The translations under genes were made by a program, and so were the position numbers. Positions 18,876 to 27,647 of a stretch of DNA of 32,424 bases are shown here, piece after piece; the first letter of the stretch is position 1, and each line of letters starts with the position of its first letter. The notes under the pieces were generated by a model, which saw nothing but the letters and a program-made list of their open reading frames with translations, ran no database searches and had not been told where the DNA came from. Source of the DNA: an uncultured Muribaculaceae bacterium (lineage in GTDB: Bacteria; Bacillota_I; Bacilli_A; RF39; UBA660); assembly GCA_964585265.1 (NCBI GenBank), contig CAZPCX010000001.1, positions 1 to 32,424 on the forward strand, read 5' to 3'.

Positions 18876-19304
18876 TTATCTTTTATTATAGAAGAAACTT
18901 TTTAAGCTTTTTGAACATTCTTCTTCTAAAATACCACATTCAATTTCTATGTTGTTTTCTTCAGCAATCTTTACTATTTGATCGTGATATTTTTTATTTT
19001 CTGTACCACATACGATTTTACTTATTCTAGATTCTATTATTGCCCCCATACACATTATACAAGGTTCTAAGTTTACAAATAGTAAACAATCGTTTAACCT
19101 CCAATTATTAAGTTTTCTACTCGCTTTTTGTATTGCAATAATTTCCGCATGCTTTGTTGCATCATTTTTTGATTCTTTACAATTATACGCTTTTGAAATT
19201 ATTATATTATTTTTAACAATAATTGCCGCAACCGGTATTTCTCCTTCTTTCTGCGCTTTTCTTGATAATAACAATGTTTTTCTTATATATTTTTCATAAT
19301 TCAT
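18876..19304 (-). CDS. tadA: tRNA adenosine(34) deaminase
   Basis: It has HAE (KHAEIIAI) and PCIMCMGA deaminase zinc motifs. At 142 aa, its position next to ffs and dnaX matches Bacillus. Confidence 0.92.
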   Translation of the reverse strand: MNYEKYIRKTLLLSRKAQKEGEIPVAAIIVKNNIIISKAYNCKESKNDATKHAEIIAIQKASRKLNNWRLNDCLLFVNLEPCIMCMGAIIESRISKIVCGTENKKYHDQIVKIAEENNIEIECGILEEECSKSLKSFFYNKR

Positions 19305-19323
19305 ATTTTTCTCCTATAAAAAT

Positions 19324-19396
19324 GACGTACACAAATTAAATTGCCCTGGCTGCTATCTTCCAATCCTGACCAATTTGACAATTTATTTGTTACGTC
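19324..19396 (-). ncRNA. ffs: Signal recognition particle RNA, small (4.5S-like) type
   Basis: The minus-strand RNA is GACGUAACAAAUAAAUUGUCAAAUUGGUCAGGAUUGGAAGAUAGCAGCCAGGGCAAUUUAAUUUGUGUACGUC. The core GGUCAGGAUUGGAAGAUAGCAGCCAGGGCA aligns with E. coli 4.5S GGUCAGGUCCGGAAGGAAGCAGCCAAGGCA, including the GGAA tetraloop and conserved domain IV loops. The flanks close a long helix (GACGUA/UACGUC, CAAAU/AUUUG, AAAUUG/CAAUUU). The exact ends are uncertain by a few nt. Confidence 0.85.
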
Positions 19397-19402
19397 CATA
19401 TT

Positions 19403-19431
19403 AATATACATTATTTGTTTTTATATTTCAA
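19403..19431 (-). promoter_or_regulatory. Sigma-A type promoter for ffs, probably also driving tadA-dnaX (TTGAAA-17 nt-TATATT)
   Basis: The rc reads TTGAAAtataaaaacaaataatgTATATTaatatgGACGUA..., which places the start about 7 nt before the SRP RNA helix. Confidence 0.55.
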
Positions 19432-19441
19432 CATTTTTATA

Positions 19442-19457
19442 TGTTTCACGTGAAACA
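19442..19457. other. parS: parS site 1 (ParB/Spo0J centromere-like site), a perfect palindrome
   Basis: TGTTTCACGTGAAACA matches the Bacillota parS consensus tGTTNCACGTGAAACa at 16/16. The palindrome extends to 18 bp (19441-19458). Confidence 0.85.
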
Positions 19458-19529
19458 TTGATATTAAAATTAGCTTGGCACTTATCAATTGTTTATTTTA
19501 TATTTATTACATATATTTTTGTTTCAAAT

Positions 19530-19545
19530 TATTTCCCGGGAAATA
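19530..19545. other. Noc-binding site (NBS) 1
   Basis: TATTTCCCGGGAAATA contains the 14-bp NBS consensus ATTTCCCGGGAAAT exactly. The perfect palindrome extends to 24 bp (19526-19549). Confidence 0.8.
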
Positions 19546-19580
19546 ATTTATTGTTTATGATCACACAAATCTATAGCATA

Positions 19581-19596
19581 TGTTTCACGTGGAACA
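19581..19596. other. parS: parS site 2
   Basis: TGTTTCACGTGGAACA is the reverse complement of TGTTCCACGTGAAACA, the B. subtilis parS consensus form. Confidence 0.85.
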
Positions 19597-19764
19597 TTAA
19601 ATTAATAAAACAAAACCATTATTAATTATTTATTTAAAATATATGAATAAATATTATTAGTGATATATTGTCACATTTAAATGATTCGTTGTCATTTTAT
19701 TATGACGCTTTGTTATTTAACAACATTTGTAATATATAAAGAAAATAATCTTATTATTTCAAAT

Positions 19765-19780
19765 TATTTCCCGGGAAATA
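19765..19780. other. Noc-binding site (NBS) 2
   Basis: TATTTCCCGGGAAATA sits in a 24-bp perfect palindrome (19761-19784). The 34 bp at 19757-19790 are identical to 19522-19555. Confidence 0.8.
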
Positions 19781-19815
19781 ATTTATTGTTATAAATATAT
19801 ATTTATTTTTATATA

Positions 19816-19831
19816 TGTTTCACGTGAAACA
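19816..19831. other. parS: parS site 3, a perfect palindrome
   Basis: TGTTTCACGTGAAACA. It shares the flank tatATG...CAT with site 1. Confidence 0.85.
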
Positions 19832-19869
19832 TCGTTTGTTTTTAAATCTTGATCAATTATTGTAGAAAT

Positions 19870-19885
19870 TATTTCCCGGGAAATA
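19870..19885. other. Noc-binding site (NBS) 3
   Basis: TATTTCCCGGGAAATA sits in a 28-bp perfect palindrome (19864-19891). Confidence 0.8.
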
Positions 19886-19894
19886 ATTTCTGTA

Positions 19895-19910
19895 TGTTTC
19901 ACGTGGAACA
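19895..19910. other. parS: parS site 4
   Basis: TGTTTCACGTGGAACA. The 23-bp block tATGTTTCACGTGGAACATTAAA is shared with site 2. It lies 15 nt beyond the gyrA stop codon. Confidence 0.85.
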
Positions 19911-19925
19911 TTAAAAAAGAAAGTA

Positions 19926-22364
19926 TTAATTACTCTCTTCTTCAGACATTATATTTACAACAGCTGTAACTTTTTGGTCTTCTTTTAATTTAATTAAACG
20001 GACTCCTTGTGTTACTCTGCTCATTGCAGATATTTGGTTTACTGGAATTCTAATAATAACTCCAGAATCAGTAATAATAATTAAGTCTTCTTCGTTGTTT
20101 ACTAATTTAAACGCAACTATATTTCCCGTCTTAGTAGTTGTATTCAAAGCTTTAACTCCCTTGCTTCCTCTATGTGTTACTCTATATTCTTCAATTTTAG
20201 TTCTCTTTCCATATCCGTTTTCACTAACAACGAGAACTTCTTGATCATCAGACGCTACACTTGCATCTATACAATAACCATTCATTACATCTATGCCTTT
20301 TACTCCAGATGCAGCTCTTCCCATTATTCTTATTTCTTTTTCATCGAACCTAACCATTCTTCCTTTTGAAGATGCTAATATTACATGTTTATTACCATCT
20401 GTTTTTTTGACAGCAATTAATTCATCTTCATCTTTTAATGTGATTGCCATTTTACCATTTTCTCTTATACTATCAAACTCTGAAATTAATGTCCTTTTTA
20501 CAATTCCACCTTTAGTTACAAATAGTAAACAGTTATTTATTTCACTATCACTTAATGATAAAATTGCTTTTACATACTCATCTTTTTCTATCGGTATTAA
20601 GTTTACAATTGGTAAACCTTTTGCTTGTCTACCATATTCTGGTATCTTATATCCTTTCATTCTATATACTTTGCCTTTATTCGTAAACAACATAACGTGA
20701 TCATGCGTTTCTAATACAATTAAGTGCTCTGCAAAGTCTTCCTCATTTGTAGTCATACCTTTTATACCTACTCCACCTTTGTTTTGAATCTTGTAAGTAT
20801 CTATTGGCATTCTCTTTATATATCCTTTGTTTGTCAAAGTAATCATTATACTTTCTACAGGTATCAATGATTCATCTTCAATATATTCTATTGCAGATAA
20901 ATCTATTTTTGTTCTTCTTTCGTCGCTGTATTTATCTTTTATTTCTAAAAGTTCTGTTTTTATTACTTCACATATTTTTGGTTCACTTAATAATAAGCTA
21001 TTTAAATATTCAATTGTTTTTGCTAATTCTGCAAGTTCTTCTTCTATTTTTTCTCTTTCTAGACCTGTTAATCTTCTTAACTTCATTTCTAATATTGCTT
21101 CTGACTGTGCATCTGATAGATTATATCTGTCGCTCAACTCTTTTTTAGCAATATTATCTGTTTTTGATGATTTTAATATTTTTATTACTTGATCAATATT
21201 GTCTAGAGCGATTTTTAATCCTTCTAATATGTGTGCTCTTTTTATCGCTTTGTCTAAATCAAATTTTGATCTTCTTACAACTATTTCTTTTTGATGATTT
21301 AAATAATTAAACAAAATATCTTTTAAACTTAATATTCTAGGTTCCCCATTAACTAGCGCAAGTAAAATTATTCCATATGATGTTTGTAAAGCTGTTTGTT
21401 TATATAAATTGTTTAATATTACATTGGCATTTGCATCTTTTCTTATTTCAATTACAATTCTTATTCCGTCAATGTTTGATTCGTCTCTTAAATCAGTTAT
21501 TCCATCTATTACTTTTTCTCTAACTAATGCCGCTATTTTTGAAACAACATTTGCTTTATTTACTTGATATGGTATTTCAGTAATAATTATTGATTGTTTT
21601 CCTGAATTATTAACTTCTATTTCTGCTTTTGAACGAATATATATTATACCTCTCCCTGTTTCATAAGCTTTCTTTATTCCACTATTACCTAAAATAAGCC
21701 CCGCAGTAGGAAAATCAGGACCTTTAACATAATCCATTAAACCTTCTACTGTTATGTCAGGATTGTCAATTAAAGCTATTGTAGCATCAATTGTTTCACC
21801 TAGATTATGTGGCGGTATATTTGTTGCCATACCAACAGCAATTCCGGTTGCACCATTTGTAAGTATATTTGGAAATCTAGAAGGTAAAACTTCTGGTTCT
21901 TTTTCTGAACCATCATAATTATCTACAAAATTTACAGTGTCTTTGTTTATATCTTTTAACATTTCCATAGATAATTTGCTCATTCTTGCTTCCGTATAAC
22001 GCTGAGCAGCAGCTCCGTCACCATCGATAGAACCGAAATTTCCATGTCCATCCACTAACATATATCTATATGAGAATTTTTGTGCCATCCTTACCATTGC
22101 TTCGTATATACTTGAATCGCCATGAGGATGGTATTTTCCCATAACGTCTCCGACAATACGCGCAGACTTTTTAAATTGTGTATTTGCAAACATTCCCAAT
22201 GTATTCATTCCATACAATATTCTTCTGTGTACTGGTTTTAAACCATCTCTTACATCAGGCAAAGCTCTAGCAACTATTACACTCATTGAGTAATCAAGAA
22301 ATGAATTTTCCATTTCGTTGGTTATGTTTCTATCTAATAATTTATCAGTTATATTTTCATCCAT
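19926..22364 (-). CDS. gyrA: DNA gyrase subunit A
   Basis: It has [41 protein letters not shown] (QRDR) and [11 protein letters not shown] with the catalytic Tyr. The C-terminal beta-pinwheel repeats are present. 812 aa. Confidence 0.98.
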   Translation of the reverse strand: MDENITDKLLDRNITNEMENSFLDYSMSVIVARALPDVRDGLKPVHRRILYGMNTLGMFANTQFKKSARIVGDVMGKYHPHGDSSIYEAMVRMAQKFSYRYMLVDGHGNFGSIDGDGAAAQRYTEARMSKLSMEMLKDINKDTVNFVDNYDGSEKEPEVLPSRFPNILTNGATGIAVGMATNIPPHNLGETIDATIALIDNPDITVEGLMDYVKGPDFPTAGLILGNSGIKKAYETGRGIIYIRSKAEIEVNNSGKQSIIITEIPYQVNKANVVSKIAALVREKVIDGITDLRDESNIDGIRIVIEIRKDANANVILNNLYKQTALQTSYGIILLALVNGEPRILSLKDILFNYLNHQKEIVVRRSKFDLDKAIKRAHILEGLKIALDNIDQVIKILKSSKTDNIAKKELSDRYNLSDAQSEAILEMKLRRLTGLEREKIEEELAELAKTIEYLNSLLLSEPKICEVIKTELLEIKDKYSDERRTKIDLSAIEYIEDESLIPVESIMITLTNKGYIKRMPIDTYKIQNKGGVGIKGMTTNEEDFAEHLIVLETHDHVMLFTNKGKVYRMKGYKIPEYGRQAKGLPIVNLIPIEKDEYVKAILSLSDSEINNCLLFVTKGGIVKRTLISEFDSIRENGKMAITLKDEDELIAVKKTDGNKHVILASSKGRMVRFDEKEIRIMGRAASGVKGIDVMNGYCIDASVASDDQEVLVVSENGYGKRTKIEEYRVTHRGSKGVKALNTTTKTGNIVAFKLVNNEEDLIIITDSGVIIRIPVNQISAMSRVTQGVRLIKLKEDQKVTAVVNIMSEEESN

Positions 22365-22376
22365 TTTAACACCACC

Positions 22377-24320
<1,944 letters not shown>

Positions 24321-24420
24321 TTAACGTTACTTAGTTTTTTTGTTTGTATGTGCTCCCCTACTTACACACTAATTATATCACAAATTTTTGATTTATTATA
24401 TGTTTTACGACAAATCAATT

Positions 24421-24454
24421 AAAAAGAGAATATTTTTTTAATTTAATATTCTCT
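24421..24454 (-). terminator. Rho-independent terminator of recF; the stop codon lies in the loop
   Basis: The minus-strand RNA reads AGAGAAUAUU-N10-AAUAUUCUCU followed by UUUUUAAUU. Confidence 0.5.
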
Positions 24455-25553
24455 TTTCTAATACTCCATCTTTTATTTCATAAATGTCTGCTGTTTTTAA
24501 TAACTCTTTATCTATATTATTTATATCTGTAGTTGTTATAAATGTTTGAATTCCTTTTTTCATATATGTAACTAGATTGTTCTTTTTTTCTTCATCTAAC
24601 TCACTAAACACATCGTCAAGAAGAAGTATTGGATATTCTTTTTTTATTTCCTTAAAAATTTCTAATTCTGCAAGTTTTAAACTTAGTATTGCCAATCTTT
24701 GTTGTCCTTGTGAACCATATTCTTTTATTTCGTGTTTGTTTATATAAAAACACAAATCATCTCTATGCGGTCCATTTATTGTAGTCCCTAAGAACAAATC
24801 TCTCTTTAAACTCGAATTAATTTTTTCATATATTTTATTTTGCAAGATTTCTGCGGTTGTATTAAATATTTCAATGTTTGTTTGATATTCAATATCAAGT
24901 GAATCTCCTTTTGACATTTTTTCATATATCTTTTTTGCTGTTTTGCCTATTTTGTTAATAAAATCTCGTCTCATTTCATATATTGTTGATGCTTTAACAG
25001 AAATCTGTTCATCTATTATTTTAATATATGTTTTATCTATTGTATCAATTGTATTTTGTTTTAAATACTCGTTTCTATTTTTTAATAATTTATTGTAATC
25101 ATTTAAATATATTAAATATTTGTTATTTATTTGTCCTAACTCTATATTTATAAATCGTCTTCTTATACTAGGACTTCCCTTTATCATTTCTAAATCGTCT
25201 GGGCAAAACACAATTATTGTAAATTTTGAAATATATTCACTAATCTTTTTTGTTACATTGTTGTTTATTTTAACACTTTTACCTTTTTCGTTAATTATTA
25301 CTTCTAATTCTAACGTATTATTGTTAGAAATGATTGTTCCTGTTAGTTTTGAAAATTTTGAACCATTTCTTATAAGTTTTTTATCATTATACATTCTGTG
25401 TGATTTTGTTATGCCTAAAACATACAAACTTTCAATTAAGTTTGTTTTACCTTGAGCATTATTTCCAATAAATACATTCAAGTTAGAATTGAAATTAATG
25501 TCTAAATGTTCATAATTTCTGAAGTTTTTAATTTTAATATTCGTTATTTTCAT
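24438..25553 (-). CDS. recF: DNA replication and repair protein RecF
   Basis: It has MKITNIKIKNFRNYE, Walker A GNNAQGKTNL, the signature SQGQQR and Walker B ILLLDDVFSELD. Confidence 0.95.
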   Translation of the reverse strand: MKITNIKIKNFRNYEHLDINFNSNLNVFIGNNAQGKTNLIESLYVLGITKSHRMYNDKKLIRNGSKFSKLTGTIISNNNTLELEVIINEKGKSVKINNNVTKKISEYISKFTIIVFCPDDLEMIKGSPSIRRRFINIELGQINNKYLIYLNDYNKLLKNRNEYLKQNTIDTIDKTYIKIIDEQISVKASTIYEMRRDFINKIGKTAKKIYEKMSKGDSLDIEYQTNIEIFNTTAEILQNKIYEKINSSLKRDLFLGTTINGPHRDDLCFYINKHEIKEYGSQGQQRLAILSLKLAELEIFKEIKKEYPILLLDDVFSELDEEKKNNLVTYMKKGIQTFITTTDINNIDKELLKTADIYEIKDGVLEKRILN

Positions 25554-25587
25554 ATTGTTGTTCTCCTACATAACATTATATTAATTA

Positions 25588-26943
25588 TTATTTGCCTAAA
25601 CAAAATCTACTAAATATTTGATCTATTAGTTCCTCACTATATGTTTCACCTGATATTTCACCTAATAAACTCCATATTTTTTTAAGATCTATTTCCAAAA
25701 TATCGATTGGCGTTCCTTCTTTTATAGCTTTTTCTATATCATTTACCAATTTTAAAGATTCTTTCATAATTGATATTTGCCATGTGTTTGATAAATATGT
25801 TAAGTCTCCATTTTCTATACTTTCAAAATTAAACATTTCTTTTATTTTGTTTTTTAGTTCATCAAGTCCATCTTCTTTTATAGTGTTGCCATATACTATT
25901 ATTTCTTTTTGAAGTTTTTTAACATCAATTTTTCTTTCTAAATCTGTTTTATTAATAAATATTATCTTTTGCATATCTTCTGTCATATTCAATAATTCTA
26001 AATCTTTTTCTAAAACTTTTTCGTTATTGTTCAACACAAGAATTATTAAATTTGCTTCTTTAATCAGTTTTAAACTCTTATTAACTCCTATAATCTCTAT
26101 TTCGTTCTTTGTTTCTCTTATTCCTGCTGTATCTATTATATTCAATAATATACCATCCAAATTAACTGTTCCCTCTACTATATCTCTTGTTGTACCTTCT
26201 ATGTTTGTAACTATAGCTTTGTCTTCTTTTATTAACTTATTTAATATACTACTCTTACCAACGTTTGGTCTTCCTAATATTAATACTTTAATTCCTTCTT
26301 TTACTATCTTTCCGTTTTCTGAATCTTGTATTATCTTATTTAGATCGCTCTTTATTTCCGTTAACTTCCCTTGTAGTTTTTTATTAGTAACTACTTCTAT
26401 ATCTTCATATTCGGGATAATCTATATTAACTTCTATGTTTGAAACTATTTCTATTAGTTTTTCTCTCAATTTCTTTATTTTTTCAGAGGTTTTTCCTTCT
26501 AAACTGTTTATTGATAATTTCCTTGCCTTCTCAGTTTTTGATACTATTAAATCCATTACAGATTCTGCTTCTATTAAATCTATTCTCCCATTTATAAATG
26601 CTCTTTTAGTAAATTCTCCAGGTTGAGCTAGTCTTGCTCCACTATTTAAAACAACTTCCAAAACTTTTTTTGTAGTTGCTATTCCTCCGTGGCAATTAAT
26701 TTCTACAACATCTTCTGTCGTAAAAGTATTTGGTTTTTTCATAACACTTACCAATACTTCATCTATTGTTTCTTTTTTATAAACAATATGTCCATAATTT
26801 ATAGTATGTGTATCTACTTTATTTAAATCTTTACCTTTAAATATTTTACTAACTATTTTGATTGATTTATCACCAGATAATCTTATTATTGATATTGCTC
26901 CTACACCAAGAGCTGTTGATATTGCTACTATTGTATCATTCAT
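25588..26943 (-). CDS. mnmE: tRNA modification GTPase MnmE
   Basis: It has MNDTIVAISTALGVGAISIIRLSG, G-domain motifs GRPNVGKSS, DTAGIR and NKTDL, and the C-terminal FCLGK. Confidence 0.95.
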   Translation of the reverse strand: MNDTIVAISTALGVGAISIIRLSGDKSIKIVSKIFKGKDLNKVDTHTINYGHIVYKKETIDEVLVSVMKKPNTFTTEDVVEINCHGGIATTKKVLEVVLNSGARLAQPGEFTKRAFINGRIDLIEAESVMDLIVSKTEKARKLSINSLEGKTSEKIKKLREKLIEIVSNIEVNIDYPEYEDIEVVTNKKLQGKLTEIKSDLNKIIQDSENGKIVKEGIKVLILGRPNVGKSSILNKLIKEDKAIVTNIEGTTRDIVEGTVNLDGILLNIIDTAGIRETKNEIEIIGVNKSLKLIKEANLIILVLNNNEKVLEKDLELLNMTEDMQKIIFINKTDLERKIDVKKLQKEIIVYGNTIKEDGLDELKNKIKEMFNFESIENGDLTYLSNTWQISIMKESLKLVNDIEKAIKEGTPIDILEIDLKKIWSLLGEISGETYSEELIDQIFSRFCLGK

Positions 26944-27002
26944 ATTATTCGCTCCAATCAATAATATTATATCATTTATATTTATGCTAATAAAGTTATA
27001 TT

Positions 27003-27032
27003 AAAACAGATTTGGGAAATCCAAATCTGTTT
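27003..27032 (-). terminator. Hairpin terminator after jag
   Basis: The minus-strand RNA reads ACAGAUUUGG-AUUUC-CCAAAUCUGU followed by UUUUAAUAU. The stem is 10-12 bp. Confidence 0.5.
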
Positions 27033-27038
27033 GTATAA

Positions 27039-27647
27039 TTAATCTTTTAATTTTATTACTATGTATCTGAATGGTTCTTCACCATTTGATTCTGTTATTA
27101 TTCCTTCTACGCTGTTACAAACATTATGCACGATTCTTCTTTCATAAGAATTCATTGGATCTAGTTTAATTTCCATTCCTGTTCTTTTTACATCTTCAGC
27201 CATTCTTTGAACTCTATATTCTAAATCGTTGCTCTTTTGCTCTTTATATGAACCTACATCCACTAAAACATTTGTTCTGAAACCAGTTTTATTTTGAATT
27301 GAGCTTCTTAATAATATTTGCATTGAATCAACGATTCTACCATTTTTTCCTATAAGTATTGCATTGCTATCAGAAATAATATTTAAATTAATAGAGTCTT
27401 CTCTGATTTTTGCTTCTAAGTTTGCTTCAATTCCCATTTTATTAATCATTTCTTTTATAAACTCTTTGCTATACTCTAGAATCTCTGATTTTAATATTAC
27501 AGTTACTTTTGCTTTTTTTCCCTTAAACAATCCTGAAGCCTCTTCTTCCTCATAAAAATATGCTTCTTTTTCTTTAATTTTTAATTCTTTGATTGCCTTT
27601 TCTTTTGCATCTTCAAATGTTTTTGCAATATATTCGTACTTTTTCAT
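27039..27647 (-). CDS. jag: Jag/SpoIIIJ-associated RNA-binding protein (KH + R3H)
   Basis: Its length (202 aa) and the C-terminal R3H-like ERRIVHNV fit. It lies downstream of yidC. Its ATG overlaps the yidC TGA stop (ATGA). Confidence 0.9.
   Translation of the reverse strand: MKKYEYIAKTFEDAKEKAIKELKIKEKEAYFYEEEEASGLFKGKKAKVTVILKSEILEYSKEFIKEMINKMGIEANLEAKIREDSINLNIISDSNAILIGKNGRIVDSMQILLRSSIQNKTGFRTNVLVDVGSYKEQKSNDLEYRVQRMAEDVKRTGMEIKLDPMNSYERRIVHNVCNSVEGIITESNGEEPFRYIVIKLKD

Noticed and set aside
19341-19625. A 94-aa plus-strand ORF from the track that spans the gyrA-tadA gap.
   Set aside because: It starts at a non-ATG codon without an RBS. It runs antisense through the SRP RNA and straight through parS1, NBS1 and parS2. 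Its translation is low-complexity and Ile/Phe/Tyr-rich. The region is better explained as ncRNA plus protein-binding sites.
19681-19794. A 37-aa plus-strand ORF (MIRCHFIMTLCYLTTFVIYKENNLIISNYFPGNNLLL) in the 168-bp spacer that runs through NBS2.
   Set aside because: It has no Shine-Dalgarno sequence upstream. It lies on the strand opposite to all local transcription, and part of its sequence is dictated by the NBS palindrome. It is probably a chance ORF.
19442-19910. The CACGTG-centred palindromes considered as cre (CcpA), Rex or Crp/Fnr-type operators, and CCCGGG/CACGTG considered as restriction-modification targets.
   Set aside because: The cre (TGWAANCGNTNWCA), Rex (TTGTGAA-N4-TTCACAA) and Fnr (TTGAT-N4-ATCAA) half-sites do not fit. 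A restriction-site explanation would not give 16-28 bp of conserved symmetric flanks.
19439-19913. The repeat array considered as a CRISPR array, a MITE/REP element or a stack of transcription terminators.
   Set aside because: There are two different palindromic repeat types with irregular spacing (9-168 bp), no cas genes, and no terminal inverted repeats or target-site duplications. None of the hairpins is followed by a U tract on the transcribed strand. Exact 16/16 matches to parS and to the NBS consensus explain them better.
27644-27647. Possibility of the Mollicutes genetic code (TGA=Trp), given the extreme AT-richness and the minimal SRP RNA.
   Set aside because: All conserved genes are full-length under the standard code. 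yidC also ends in a TGA stop within an ATGA overlap with the jag start, so TGA behaves as a stop codon.
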